Part shown: piece after piece, positions 38,425 to 57,333 of the stretch
Layout: every line of letters begins with the position of its first letter
Position numbering within the stretch: position 1 is the stretch's first letter
Source of the DNA: Adineta vaga
Lineage: Eukaryota; Animalia; Rotifera
NCBI GenBank assembly: GCA_021613535.1
Contig: CP075495.1
Location: forward strand, 10,726,001-10,790,000
Length of the DNA stretch: 64,000 bases
Reading direction: 5' to 3'
Program-made: the position numbers and the translations under genes
Notes under the pieces: model-generated
The model's input: the letters and a program-made list of their open reading frames with translations, nothing else
The model's database searches: none
Told to the model about the DNA's origin: nothing

Positions 38425-40719
38425 ACCCAATTGCATTTCAATTAGAATGTTTGTGTGATGACAAGAGAAAAAGATCCAATATCCTTTTCTTTCATTTCGG
38501 AATGTATTGTCGTGCAGGTTTAATGAGAAGGAATATGAACATGCAGAGATGAGATCAATGAACAATAGTAGAATACATATACACAAAGAATAGTCTCCTT
38601 TAACAGACCCCCTAGGTATGTATTCAAGTGTATATATGTGAGCACCTCATAATAATCCATCATGTACTTCAATACGAAGTAGAATACATACACAATATCT
38701 ATTGAATAAAAGCCAATTCATTCTCTATGTTCGATATCGTGTTGCATAAATATCAAAGAAGAAAAACTAATATTCTCTTCGTTCTAGATTCAACTTTTCT
38801 TTCTATCTATTTTCAAAAATTTTAATCTAAAATGATGTTAACACTTCACAATAGAAGCCGATTTTTTTGTCGAATTTTATTTGATTGATTAAGAATTTGA
38901 AGAGAATATCGATTAGTGAAGAACATTCTTTTTATATGCATATTGACAAAATAAATAATGGCTCGCGGCTACTTTTGTTTCATTCTATGTAAAAAGGCAA
39001 GATAGAAGACAAAGATCTATTGTTGCATAGCGAACGAAACGTTTTCTCTCTTCTTCTGCTTCTCTTTTTTTCTTTTCTTCATCGATCTTCATTTTTTTCT
39101 TTTTTCCTTTCTCAAACCGCCACATCGCTCAGCTGTTCTGTTTTGTGCTTACACACGCACACATATACACACAAGTAACATCGTCCTTTTCGTCGTCGTC
39201 TTTACGTGTTCCTTATTTTTCATCCATCTATCCATCTACTACGCACTACCCACGAACAAAATATAAACGCAAACGACAACAATCTCTTTGGTATTAGTAT
39301 CTCGACTTTTTTTTCTAGCATTTCGATAAAAAAATGAATCGATAACTATCAATAATAAAAAGTAATCAGACTGTAATAACGAAGGTTAGTTGTTGTTCTA
39401 TTACAAATATGAATATCAATCACGCATGCAAAAATGATCCAGTCAAACTCATTAATTATAGAAAAGAAAAAGAAAGCTGACAGGCACCAGGTTGCTTTCT
39501 TCTCATCTCCTTGCTCCCCCTCTCCTATTTCTTCCCTCCTCTCTCTTCTACCTCCCGTTTCTACTCGCTCTTCTCTTTTGGAAGTGGCATTACTCTATGA
39601 ATAATGCATGAGTTGTTTTGTCACCACTAGCAATAACGTTGCCAGCGTGCACCAAGAAAAAAAACGAGTAGGCTCGTTTGCAAGCGAGAAATCGTGCTTG
39701 ATTATGCTGATTACACGGTACCTATGTTCTTAATCAACATTAATGTATACATACATACATGTATGCATATAGGTATATATGTTGAGCAAGACTGATGACG
39801 ATCAGTTTACGAATATTATTAGTAATCACTGCAATCGTTTTCGAAATATTCAAATAGTATAGGTATAAAAAAAAATAACAGCAAGGTAGATATATATATA
39901 TGCATGTGTTATTCTGAAAACGATCGTTGGACAAATTGATTAGAACATGCGAATAACCGTCCTCGATAGAAAAAGAGACCTAGAGGCTGTATATATACAT
40001 ATATATGTACGTGTATACGCATGAGAAAGAGAAAAGAAACGACGACATTTAGAAAATCGACATTATATTATATTTATATATTTATGTACATATATATGAA
40101 TGTATGAATGAATTTGCTAGCTTCAAGCCAATAATGATATACTTCAGAGCACAAAAAAACTGATAGGAAGTGAGTAAAATGAGCAATTGATGAAAAATAT
40201 GAATCAATAGATTGAACACGTCTGTTTGTCAATTGATCATTTTTTTTATTTTCTTTTCAGTTTAATGTGTTCATGTTTCTCATCAGTCAACTCATTTATC
40301 CATTACCATCTGGCCGGAAACGATCATCCTTCTTTTTCTTTAACACAAAAAAAAATGCGAGGAAACGACGCACGTCCTATATCGCTTGAGGAAAATAAAA
40401 GAAGTTCTTTTCATTTTTATTCCTTCTCCTTCTTCTTCATCGTAGTCGTCGTCGTCTTCTTCTTCTTCTTTAATAATGACCATGACATTCAAATTTGATT
40501 GAGAGATCTCTTCGTTCTCTTTTTCTTCGTTCTCTTGGTTAAATATCTTTTACACAAAGGATTAGTCACATCTTCCTATGTATATATAAAAAGCTTCGAG
40601 TGATGTGCTTCACCTGTACATATAAAAAATTATCATACATACACAATAAAAAACGAAAAGAAGAAGAAAGATCCTCGCTCGTTCTCTCTTGTTGTTCTCT
40701 CATTTTCTCTTTTGCGTGC

Positions 40720-40747
40720 ATGTGTGTGTGTGTGTGTGTGTGTGTGT
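40720..40747. repeat. (TG)n microsatellite
   Basis: Seen directly. Confidence 0.9.
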
Positions 40748-41012
40748 TCACGCTCTTCTGTGAAATTGATATCGGGGTCAGTGCAATGACGGCACACACA
40801 CAGAACGTCAGCATGCACGCATAGAAAAATCTGCTGCATCTTTTTTCTCTCATTCTCTCGTTTCTTTTTTCCTTCGTGCCTCTCTCTTACTCTCATACTC
40901 ACTCTCTACCACCGCTATTACCATTCACTCCTCTTCAACTACAACAGAAGCAACAACACAATTATTTCCTATAGAAATGATTTTATCTCAATAGAAAAAT
41001 GTCTTATTTTAG

Positions 41013-42870
41013 ATGAATAATCTCCATCATCCAACAACACGAAGTTCAGGTACAACATTAAATGAATCAATGAAGAAAACTCCTTCACCTCGTCGTCAAA
41101 CGACACGTTCAACGTCTAATGTAACTAAAGATAATTTATCTTCCACAAATATTCAAGTTATAAAACCGGTTGCTGTACGTCCTCCATCATCTGATTCAAC
41201 TCAAACGTCATACAATTTACGTTCACGTACAAAATTGAAAACAATAAATTCCAATCATACAACTGAAGTTATCCCGTCATTCACAGAAAAACTTTCTTTA
41301 GAAACACCACAACAAAAACCGGTGCCACCACTAACTCGTGCTGCTGCGGCATCGGCCGGTGTTAAAATTGATTCGTTTATATGTGATGAATCAACTAAAA
41401 CTAGTAGCAGTGGTGGTCATAATCATAATCTTAATAAACTACCAATAAATTCTCAACAATCAACACGTACGAGTTCAACTCGAAAACGAAAAGCAAGTGA
41501 AGATGATCATCGACCTTATCTTGATTTACTTAAAATGAAACAGGTATTTATTCAATTTTGTTTTCTCCTAACATATATGCGTCCGATGTTATTTACTCTT
41601 GTCATGTTTTCCGGATAAATTGATGTTTTGTTTTTCATATTTAGTACATTTGTCAATCATAACACACGTATCATTTGATTTGACTCTCGTTTCTTTCCTT
41701 TTATCTCTTTCTCTCTAAGGGAAAAAATATTGACAGCTCACTCGTTTTTCAAAATGAGTAGATAAATATTCTCGTTCGTTTCTCTCTTTTTTCGAAATTT
41801 ATGTGATTCAACTAAGGATAATGATCAATTGAATCATATATAAACTGACATTTCATGTCTTGATATATGTAACTGATTTCAATCATTTGTCATAGTTTGT
41901 TATTTTTCTTGTCTCATTTACTTTTAGACTCAATCAACCTACAGTTTTGATGGCAATTCACCAAAGAAGGTATGTTCTGAGAAAAGGCGCCTTTAAGAAA
42001 TTAAGAATAATGATCATCAATAGAAAAAATTTTGTTCTTTGATCAATCTATCGTTCCTCCTCTTTTCTTCGTTGTCATTGTCATTGTCGTTCTTCTTTCT
42101 TCTCTAAATGAATGAAATGGCAAATGCCTAGGAATAAATTGAGTTGTATGTTTATATGTGTGCTCTGTTGAGTTGCATGCAAAATGTGATTGACAATCGC
42201 ACCTGTTCACTTTTTTTTCATGTCTTCTAACAGGTAGAGAAAAAAAATCGATTAAGATTTTTAATATTTGACTGACTAATTGAACAAGAATAAAAGGTGT
42301 TAGGTTTCTCTCATTTTTTTTTCTTACTTAATTAGAATTCTGTTAATGTACATCTAACACATTGTTTGACTTGAAAACTACTAATTTGTACGCTCGGTCA
42401 AATTCACTATAGAATCTATCAGAATAATAGAATACGACTACTGAATTGAAGCATCTCTGATTGTCTGTTGCACTCTCTTTTCATTTCCGCTCATTTTTTT
42501 TCTTCTTATTCCTATTCTTCTTCTTCTGTAGATGACAAGACGTGCCGATCAAGACTGTATTGGAGGCGATGATGAAGATAGCGGATGCGATTATGATTCT
42601 CCAGGTCATTCTCCGGTCGACTTCACTGATGTTCCTCCCGGTCATGTACTTCACTTTGAAGAATCAAATATGTCATATGATTCGGGCTTTAGTACAGGAT
42701 CTAGTGAACCAAATAATCAACAACGTCTATCTGAACATAGTCATTCATCTTATCTAACAGAACTCAATAACAGTGGAATATCGACACGGCGTAGTACAAT
42801 AAATTCTTGCAAATATCCCGCAGCTATTGATCTTGATGTTAATGCTATCGAAGGAGACCTCGGTTTCTAG
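41013..42870 (+). CDS. FAM53-like low-complexity nuclear protein (3 coding exons)
   Basis: Exons 41013-~41542, ~41928-41969 and 42532-42870. RKRKASEDDHRPYLDLLKMKQ resembles the FAM53 KRRR..RPSLD..KM motif and terminal DLDVNAIEGD resembles LD[LI]EQIE. Confidence 0.6.
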
Positions 42871-43496
42871 TTTTTTTTCTTCTTTGTTCTTCTTTTGTTT
42901 TCTTTTGCATCTTACAACAAATACCAATTGTATTACACGCTACATCCGTTTTCTTTTCTTTTTTTATGTTGTTATTGTTGTTCACATCATGATCATTACT
43001 CTCTGCGTGCCATCTCTATCATTTCTTTTTCGCTTCTTTCGTACTGTCAGATGTGTAAGTTGAGTATATACATGGTTGTCATTTCTTTTTTGTTTTCTTC
43101 ATCAATGCGCCATTGCGTATTCAAATACTCACATTCTTTGTACGACTCTTTTCTCTTTAACTCCTCGTCGTTTGTCGTCCCGTCAGTTTTCTTTTCTTTT
43201 GTCTCGTGGTGGCTCATTTTCTTCCCTCGTTTCTCGTTAGACTATAATTTCAAACAAATATGATCTTCGTCCGGTTCAATCAATGCTCGTTTTCTTCTTT
43301 ATTGTATTTTTTGTACAAAAGATCAACCACATTGATTAACGTATTATATTCATTAATTTGCCATTCCTTCAAAAAAAAACCTTTGCCTTGTTTTCTTTGC
43401 TTCTTTTTTTCTTGTTTCAATCAATTTTTTTCAGAATAGTCACACACTGTGTGCTCTTGATGGTTGCCATTTTTGTTCGGCTTTACAGGATTAGTT

Positions 43497-43513
43497 TATA
43501 TATATATACACAT

Positions 43514-43551
<38 letters not shown>
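43497..43551. repeat. Compound (TA)n/(CA)n microsatellite
   Basis: Seen directly. Confidence 0.9.
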
Positions 43552-43556
<5 letters not shown>

Positions 43557-44254
43557 CTGCCTTCGTTTTTCTTCTGTTTTTTTTCGGTGGATTAAAAAGG
43601 GATTCGTTTTCTTTCTTTTTGTTCGTATATAATGGATAAAAACTAGACGAAGATTAAATGTTGAAATGTAAAATTAAGATTCTTTTGTACTACATAGGTC
43701 AATTTATTTGAATGAATCAAAATAAACTGCAATAAAAAAAGAAGAGCATATATATATACATTCAAATAAGACTATTTAATATTAATGATGAGCGTAATAC
43801 TCGAGAGATTTAGCATTGTTTCTTTGTAGAAATTGTATATGAATGATATGCAGTAGAATAAAATATAAGGAAAACTTTACGTGATGAATTAGTTTTTTAG
43901 AATAGATGAATATCAAATAAACTCTTCTAATATAAAATATTAATGAATAAGTATAATAGTGACTTGAGAAATAGTTTCATCTTAGACAATATATATTATT
44001 GCGTTGGAAATTATGTATTCAGATAGAATGATATGTCTAGACTCTATAATTGTGCTAATAGAATCTTAACATGACAAAGAAATCAAACATAATGAACATT
44101 CACAGAAGACTTTATATGTATGCAACAGATCCATTTCTTTTTCCTTTTTATATAGCCAATTTTATGAAAGAACACTTTTCTTCATTTGATCATTTAAATT
44201 CAACATATCCCTGATATTTCTCATATTGATTCAATATTGTATTATATGAAACTC

Positions 44255-44437
44255 AGAGGAGGAAAAAGATGATAAATCCGAAAATATCTTCAATTTTGCT
44301 TGTCAAACAAAATAAAGAAAGAGTTCGATTAAAATTTGACATATATTGTCGAGCATTGAGTTCAGCAGCAGGTGCTATTAATAATTTGTATTTCATCATT
44401 ACGATCTCGATCTTCTTCAAGAATGTGAATTCAAAGA
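44255..44437 (-). repeat. Degenerate duplicate of the terminal exon and part of the 3' UTR of the coiled-coil gene
   Basis: tttgacatatattgtcgagcattg, tcattacgatctcgatcttct and ggaaaaagatgataaat occur both here and within 45570-45870. Confidence 0.85.
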
Positions 44438-45713
44438 ATAGAATGAATGAAAAAGTGGAAAAATAAACTTTTTAAGTAGAATAAAAGTTTCTAAAATATT
44501 CATGTATTTCTTATCATTATTATTTTAATTGTATGTAAGTGCTTAAGACTATTTATAGTTTTCAAGCAAGATGCTATGAATAAATTTACAGTACTAAATT
44601 GTTAACAGCATCAATTTTTGACCAATTTGAACAAAAATTTACATTAGTTGAACTCGATTCGAAAAATAAACTCTTATCTTTCAACTTCCAACATAATAGT
44701 TTTTTCCATAGCAGAGGATTTGTACAACTATCAATCCTTAATAGAAAATCATGCTTTATTAGGAGCTTTTTGTAAACGGATATTTAGATTCCATAGATAT
44801 CTATTCACAGTATCAGACTATTTTCAATCAGTTAGTAAATTCATTTGCATCAGTTGCAAAGAAATATTATTCGAATAACTTTCACGAGTTACATTTTTGT
44901 TTGAAAAAGACTGACCCGTTTTATATGATTAAGAGAATATTCAATTAAACGATGTCGATCATTTAGATCGACAGTTCATAAATATGTACTACTCTATTTT
45001 TGTATCAAAATTCATAGCTGTCATCATACTAATGGAAATATAACCGTGAATAATGTTCATAAGAAAAACATTTCATTCTATGGAAAACAGAGAAAAGATG
45101 TGTGGAAGATTGAGACAATGAATGAATCTGTATTGTAAAAAATCAAAAAAATTAATTGTTTATAAAGAAATAGGAATAGGCAATAAGAGAAGATTGAGCT
45201 AAATTATAAAAGATTTATTTGATGATGAAATTTTACAAACGCATTCGTCACACCTACACTCACATTGGCTCATAGTTGTATAACGATATTTTAGAAGTTT
45301 CTAATGTGTATACTAGATCCTTTTCTCCTCGTCTTTCACTATAAAGAACATATCTGTAGTATACAAATATTCATTATCTTGATTTGATATTCTATTATAT
45401 TATTTCCAATACATTGATATCACAGTTATTTACATCTACATAATTCAATCATTTAAATATATCATCACACATACATTGATACAAAAAAAATGCATAGGCG
45501 TCTTTTTTGTTGTTCATAAACATAATAATTATAATAAGAGAAAACTCGAGCGTTTTCAATGTTATAAACAGAAGGAAAAAGATGATAAATATACACACAA
45601 GAAAGTGTCTATGAAATCATAGGAAATATCCAATCTTGCTTATCACACTTTTGTCTTCAGAAAGAATAATTGCACGACGAAATGGAAAGAAACAATGTAA
45701 AGAAAAAGTTAGA

Positions 45714-48700
45714 TTATGATAATGGTATTAGTCTCACAAGAGTGGATGTTGGTGATGTTGAAAGATTAAAGTTTGACATATATTGTCGAGCATTGGATTC
45801 GGCACGTGCTATTAGTAATTGTATTTCGTCATTACGATCTCGATCTTCTCTAAAAATATGAATTCAAATAATGATATTTATAAATAGAAAAATTTCTAAC
45901 ACAAGTAAATGCATTTTTCTTACCGTCGATCATCTTGTGCTCTTTTACGCATTTGAGACATTATATCTCGTAGATCAGCATTTTCTTCTTCGAGAATTTT
46001 CATTTGAACTTGTAAAGATTCTTTACTAGATTTTTCTGTCATAAATTTTCGTTCAAATTCATTGATCTAACCAAGAGAAGAAAAAAGAAAAGAAATCATA
46101 AAGTTTTATATAAATATTGATTAAAGATAATTAAATAGATTACTTTTGATTTCAATTCATCCAAACGATTCGATGCATCAATAGTATTAGCATCAAGATT
46201 GATAACATCAGTTCTGAAAAGAAAGTTACACAGATGAAATTTGAAGTGAAATAATCCTGTTTACCTTCGAACGGTTATATTTTCAAGTAACTGACTACGT
46301 CGTATGCGTTCTAATTCTTCTTCGAGAAGACGATTTCTAGGAACAATACAAACAAGAATCTCATATATATAATAATATTATTTAATACATACTTATCGAC
46401 AAGTTCATTTAATCGCTTGTATTCATGGGTTATTTTCTCTTCAACTGATTGTCGTTCCAAATATATTTCTCGATTTTTACATTGTGCATCTTGAATAACT
46501 TTATCTTTTTCATGAATAACCTCTTTTTTACGTGTCAACTCATTTTTCAATCGTTCAATTTCATGTTGTAATTGCTCAGTACGATATTGTGCTTCACGTC
46601 GTTCACGATCAGTTTGTTCTCTAAATTATAATATTCATGTAAAACTATATCTCATTTTATCCATACAAAATCTTTCTGGAGTTTTTTACTTACAAACGTG
46701 ATTTGATTATATTCATTTTATCTTTATATTTGGCCGTTACACTGGCAATATGTTGAGAGAACTGTTCCGATTTTGAATTAATTTCTAACTATAATGAAAA
46801 ATAATGATAAGCAAAAGCAAATGTTGATCTACCAATAATTTATAAGACCAAAAGAAAAAAAACATAATAATATAGAAAAAAATAGTCAATAATTTTGCAT
46901 TCAAGCGTGTTTAAACATGCTTCGTTAGTATAATATAGAAATATGTGCAATTTAGAAAGAGATAGAGAAAAAGAAACGAAAGCAACTTAAACAATATTAT
47001 AATATATGAATAGTTTTGTTTTCTTTCGAATAGAACTTATAATTAAAGTTTTGTTCTAGAGAAAGAGTGAAAATTCTTTTATCTGATAAAAAGACAGACA
47101 AATCGATCATTATTGAAACTCTATGTTATATATATATATATAAATATATTTTACGATGAGTAACAGCGAAAATATATAAGGTGAAAAGAAATAGTAAAAA
47201 ACAAGTTTTTCCTTCAATTGAAATGTGTTTTGTTTTAATAATAATGAACCTGTGATGGGTGATAAAAAGCACTAGTTTGTACTGGTGGATAATTCGTCTA
47301 GAATACACAGGGATTTAAGTAGACTATTTATCAATATAGTGAATGGAAAAATGAAAACTAGTTTGATTCAATATATATAAGTGATTCTAGTGATTGAAAA
47401 AAAAGGATAAAAAAAAGAAAACAACAAACAATACCAGTTTCTTGCGCAGCTGAACTAGTCAAGTGATAGAATAATATGTTCGCGTATGTAGAAATTGTAT
47501 GAGAATGAAGAGTAAATTTCATTCTTATACATACCTTTTCTTTTTCAAGTTGTTCACAACGACGTAATGTTTGTTCAAGTACGACTTGTACACGTTCAAG
47601 TTGAAGTGATGCAGCTGTAACACGTTCACATACATCATCATATTTGATTTTAAGTGAGATTAAATCGTTTTCAAGTTGACTAGAACGTCGACGTTCTTGT
47701 TCTAGTTCAGATGAATCTTGTCCCATTGTACTTGAAGTAAACTAAAAAATCATTTCAAGTTCATATAAACATTCAATATATTATTCATTTGAATAGATTA
47801 GTATAACGAGAATAAGTTTTCAACATCTCTCATTTTTTTCCTTTATGAATCGTTGACAAATCTGTGGGAATATGCAAAGTAATATTGTATAGTAATAAAA
47901 TACTTCTGATCACTTGAGAACATTCTAAGGATTTCATAGACATATAAATTTTCAGAATATAATCGTTTAGAATATCATAAAAGAACGATATATCAAAAGA
48001 TCTTACCGTATCTCGATCATATAACGATCGTTCATGTAATTGTTTTCTTGCATTATCCAATTCAAATTTGATGGTATTAGAATACTCAAGTAATTCATTA
48101 TATTGTTGACGTACTGTAAATAATTCATTTTCAAGTTGAATTGTATGACTCTAACATGTGAGAAAACGAGTAATTAACGAAAACAAAGAAGACGAAGTTT
48201 TGCCTTCCTACTTGTCTTTCGTCATGATGTCTTTCACGACTAAAATAAACAATTGATATGAGAAAAAAAATAGTTTTCAATTTCTTAATATCACTTTGAT
48301 ATTTCAAGTTCATCACCAAAACCATCAGGAAATTGTTGCATCGCTTCATTTAATCGTCGATTACATGTTGAAATATGTTGACGTAAAACATCACATTTTA
48401 ATTTTAATCTTTCAATATTAAATTTCACACTTTCATCCGAACTTTCAAACTAAATCAATATTAGTTAAACAACAAAATACGATGTCATATTTTAATTTCG
48501 TTACTTTTTGTTCAAGATCAACGATTTTATTCTCAGTAATTTCTAATTCATGACGAACACGATGTAATTCACGTTCAAGTGAACGTTGTTCAATAATAGT
48601 AAACAATTGTGTCACATCTTGATTTGATGATTGATATGATTTATCCATCTGTTATGAACATAAAAGTTAATATCTAGTTTTAGTTTCCTTTTTCTAGAAA

Positions 48701-51700
48701 TTATTTCTACTTCTGCTCAATCAGAGAATTTTCGATTAAGTTCTCGTTTAGGATTCTCTATTGAGCAGTTTATTGAATAAAAAATCAACAACTACGAACG
48801 AATTTAATTTGACTACACTTACGTCTCTAGATGAATTATAACTCTAGAATTTATTTTGATGTTTTTATTCTTATAATTTCCTTTTGTAAAAAAATGAAAG
48901 GTTCTCGAAAGTAATGAATACTTACTATATATTTAAGAAGATCATTTTCTTCTTGTTGAGATGATGATTTTAATTGAAGTTCGAGTAATTTTGCATCAGA
49001 ATGTCGCATTTGATCGATAGCTGTTTGAATCACTGATGTGTTGGATATTCCTCCATTTTGATCTAATTTTTCGTTAAGTAATGTAAATGTATATTCAAGT
49101 TTAGCACGAAGAGTTTCTAATTCACGTTGTAGTTCAATATTTTCTTGGATATATTTTTGAGAAATTATATCTGAATTTCCTATTGATACTTAATTTTAAT
49201 TTTCTATGAAAAGATTCAATAGAATTATTTTCTACCTGGTGATAGTACGATATTTCTAACTTGATCAGTATATTCAGCGGGTGGTGCACAAGTTTGATCA
49301 ATAATGTGTATTAATCGACTGATTTGTTCGTTCTTTTCTAATACGATTTTATCTAATTGTCGTTGAAATTCACTTTCAAGAAAACGATTTTGATTTTCAA
49401 GCATTATTGTTTGTTCACGAAGATAATGAACATCACGATCAGCAAAATTAATCATTTCACGTATTTGCTAGAAGAAAAACAAATCAATCGTTTTTCTTAT
49501 TCAAATTCAACTAACTTTCATTCCACTAAGAAAATCTTGATCATCTAAATTGAGATCTTGTAATAAATGTCTATAACGTTGTAAAATTGATATCATTGTT
49601 TGTCCTTTTAACCATAATTTCATGATAATTTCTCGTTCTTGCCCTTCGTGTAAATGAAATTCTCGTTCAATCGCATTCATTACATCTTGATAAGAGAGAA
49701 GACCCTAGAATTATTTTCAAAAAAAATTTTCATCTTATTTCATCTATATCAATCGATTTTTCTAGGAAAAGAAAACAATAATAAACGATACTTATGATTA
49801 TTTATTTATTCACACACTGTCATATCATGAAATCTTGTCGTTAATGTTAGAAAAGAAAACATTTTCTTTTTTCATGTTTATACATACTCTTAAACTAACA
49901 GACGATGGATAGACAGTAACTTCAGTTGTTTCAGATAGACGTGGTGATGTAAGATCTCGTTGAGGATGAAATGCATGAATGGGTGATGTTGCTTTTGTTG
50001 GAGGTGATAATGGTGTTGAGAGAAGATTATTTACACCGATTTCATACGGTTCAGATGTTGAAGATGAATTTAATGGAGGGAACGTAAGTGGATTTTGTCG
50101 AAGTAAATGTTCCATAGTTGTAACTGGAATTTGAGTACTATCAATAATAGTATTTAATTCTGCATATTGATCATAAATAATCTGTATAAAATGATAATAT
50201 TTACATTTTAAAATATGAATATCTTTTTACTCACTCGTTGTGGAGATAAAATGACTAATGATAATAAAGAAAAGATAGTTTAAATCGAAAATTAAATTTC
50301 TAAAGACTTACCGTTAGGTGCTGATTGAGTTCGTTTGACAAATTTTGTTTCGTAATATGGCAATGAATATTCACTGTTAAAACTCTAGAATGAACGAAGA
50401 CAGTATTTTGCAGAATAAGAATATGAAAAAAATATAAAAAGCCAAGAGCAAAATGCAACTCAGACATGTATGCACACACATACACACACATACAGAGAGA
50501 ATTGGATGCCTATACGTGTACTATTGATGACATTGACAGTCACAAACATCTCAATCGAATCTTTCGGTTTTTTTTCTCTTTATCGTTACCGTCTCTCTAT
50601 ACAAATGAGAAGAGAAAAGGACTTTTTTCGCATTAGTTTACCAGAGAATCGACTGATTGCAATTTTCTTTCTCTTCGACAAGAGATTTCAGCTAAACAAC
50701 AGTGAAAGAGAAAGAAAGTCGAAAGAGAGAAATTCATTTCATTATTTGATAGAAGAGAGGAAAGAAGACAAACTTATAAATATAAAAATCGATAAAAAAA
50801 GAACATAAAACTAAAGAAGTTGATCGAACGAAAATTGACATACTTGTTTGGAGTGATGATTGTTATGATCATTTACAATATGTTTCTGCAAGTTTTTATA
50901 ATTATTTTTCTTCTTTCGATTGAAATATCGATGTGTTGATGCTAGAGAAAAAGAAAAAATATAATTATATAATCAATTTTATTCTCTATCAAATCATTGA
51001 AGATTATCAATAGACAAACATGTTTCATGCGACTTAAGAATCGGATTTGTTGAGGCTTCCTCATTACTAAAATATCAGATGTGTAAATTATAAAGTGTTT
51101 TACATAAAGAGAACTAATTCGAACTTAAACGATTCCTTTTGTCTAAGAAAAGTAATAGACTACAGGAATATTACCAGCATTTTCGCTTTCGCTCGTGCTT
51201 TTTGAGTGGTATCAAGTAAAAGAGAAAAAGAAATGAAGTCAACAAGGTGCGTAGACGGTAACGAACGGTGTTATTTGTTCATCACGATTCATTTTCTCTA
51301 TGGTAATAGAAAGAATCGAGGATGAAAAGAAATCAGAAGTTAATGTACATCTATTGAGTACGAAAGAATAAAGAAGATTTTAGAAGGTGATGGTAACCCT
51401 TCGATATTGATCCTATAGATTTCACTCTGATCTTTTTCTTTCTTGATATTGGTATTCATTTAAGTAGATAAAAGAAAGAAAAAGATCTGTTACATCTAAT
51501 GTGCGAAACAAGAAGAATGGATCAATCGACGAGCACACTTATCGATAGGTGATCATGTAATCTGTTAAATATCGGTTGAAAGTTTAAGTGATTTGGTTTT
51601 CTTGAGTGAATAAGTAAAATTTTCAAGTAGAATAAACAATATATAGAATTATTGCATAAATGCATAGTTCGTTTCTTATTTCGAGGACAATAATTAATTA

Positions 51701-52265
51701 TATGTTTCAAATCTCTTTCTCGTCTTCTTTTATTTCATATCATCTTTCTTTCTTTCTTGACAATTTCAAGAATGAATTGAATGATTTATAACATGAGTAA
51801 TAAAAATGCTCTTAGATTTTATATCTCTCAACTTGTGAAGTTCGGTCATAGAAAATAAAACAGAGAGTTATTAAATAATAGAAGGAAAATATTTTGTAAC
51901 TTAAATGCAAAAAATGAGTAATTTCTTTTATCAACAAACCCATGAGTTCAATATGAGCTTTCAATACGTTCATAAGAGCATCTAACTTTCGGATAATGTT
52001 AATGAAAAGCAATGAATTATAAAAGACAATTATACAAACCATTTGCTTCATAAAATGTCGATGTAGGTACTTGTTCATCCGATACTTCGACTTCATACTC
52101 ATCCTTATCTTCTTCTTCTTCTTCATAATCTGATGAATGAGAGACAGATCTTGATCGTTGACGATAATATTGTTCATGATTAATTTGAACTGGTAAAAAC
52201 AATGAATCATCTAAACCAGCCACTGCTTCTGTTGAAGCAAGTGAATGTGACAATGACGAGGACAT
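45714..52265 (-). CDS. Large multi-exon coiled-coil protein, unidentified; 5' end uncertain
   Basis: Series of GT-AG bounded exons rich in E/Q/L/R heptads (ERELHRVRHELEITENKIVDLEQK, LEQERRRSSQLENDLISLK). Last exon ends ..STLVRLIPLS* at 45714. Joining to the ATG at 52265 is inferred. Confidence 0.6.
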
Positions 52266-53430
52266 ATTTAATCAAAACTCTATCAATCTAAAACAAAATT
52301 AAATAGTACAAATTAATTCATTGAAATCAATGCTTGAGTTTGAGTTTGAATTAGATAAATAACTGTTCACATCATACGTGCTGCAAGATTTGTTTCGTGT
52401 AACTAAACATTAGTGGACAATATCATAGAACATTGACAAAATGTGGCACATTTGTTTTCTTCCATTATGGACGTTTTTCGATTTCATGTGATATAATAGT
52501 TGATGAAGTTGTTTTTGTTCTTATCGTGTGTTGTAGAGTAAACTAAAGCAAACATTTCTCATTCGTTCGTCCAGACTGCTAATTAAAGAAGAAAAGTGAA
52601 GAAAAGAAAAGAAAAAGAATCGAAAACAGATGCTAAATATTTTCAAAATACAATTAATGATAATTTCAAATTACATTTCGCCTGTATTAACAGTAACTGA
52701 ACGATATTTTTCATGTTACAATTATTCCATATGTGTATATATGTTAACTAATTTGTAGATTTTGAAAAGGATTGAAAAATTTTGTTTTCACAATATAGAG
52801 TGAATTTTATGTAGGTTTCGTTAATAAGTTCTTTTCAAGGTATTAGATGCCAGAAAAATACAAAGTGTTTGTATTTTATAGCAAAAAATGATGTTATTTT
52901 TGTCCAATATGTTAAGTATGTAGTGCATTTAACTGTTGTAGAATTTGGATGATTTACTTGCTTCATCATTATATATGAATGCAAAACAAATTGATTTAGA
53001 TTTAGCGTTTCAGTTTAGATAAACAACATCTCTTCATACTGTACGCTTTACATCTAAATATTTCACTGGGTTCATCTTGTTTGTCTATCGATTGTTGATT
53101 TAAATCCAAATTAGTTTTTCTTCATTGGATGAAAAACGATCAAGTAAAATTCAATTTTCTTTTAAATGTTAACAATGAAAACCATATGTAAAGCAAACAA
53201 TATTCAGCAGTAAAAACACACACAACTAGTTAGGAGAAGCAGACGAAAAACACAACGAAGAATATATCATTTATATTTTATTTCCCAGTTTTGAAAACAT
53301 TCATTTTGAATACGAACTACAGAAATGAATCTTATGTTTACATATGTATGTTATCCTATTTTGTTGACGAACACGAAAGAAAAACGGAATGAGAAAAGAA
53401 AAATATTATTTCGAATGTTTCGTTGTTTTC

Positions 53431-57333
<3,903 letters not shown>

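Noticed and set aside
38010-40902. Multiple 60-95 aa ORFs rich in F/S/C/H
   Set aside because: They are translations of microsatellites and T-rich low-complexity DNA with no recognisable protein motifs.
42827-43639. Hydrophobic ORFs that look like membrane proteins
   Set aside because: They fall in the T-rich probable 3' UTR of the FAM53-like gene and in TA repeats.
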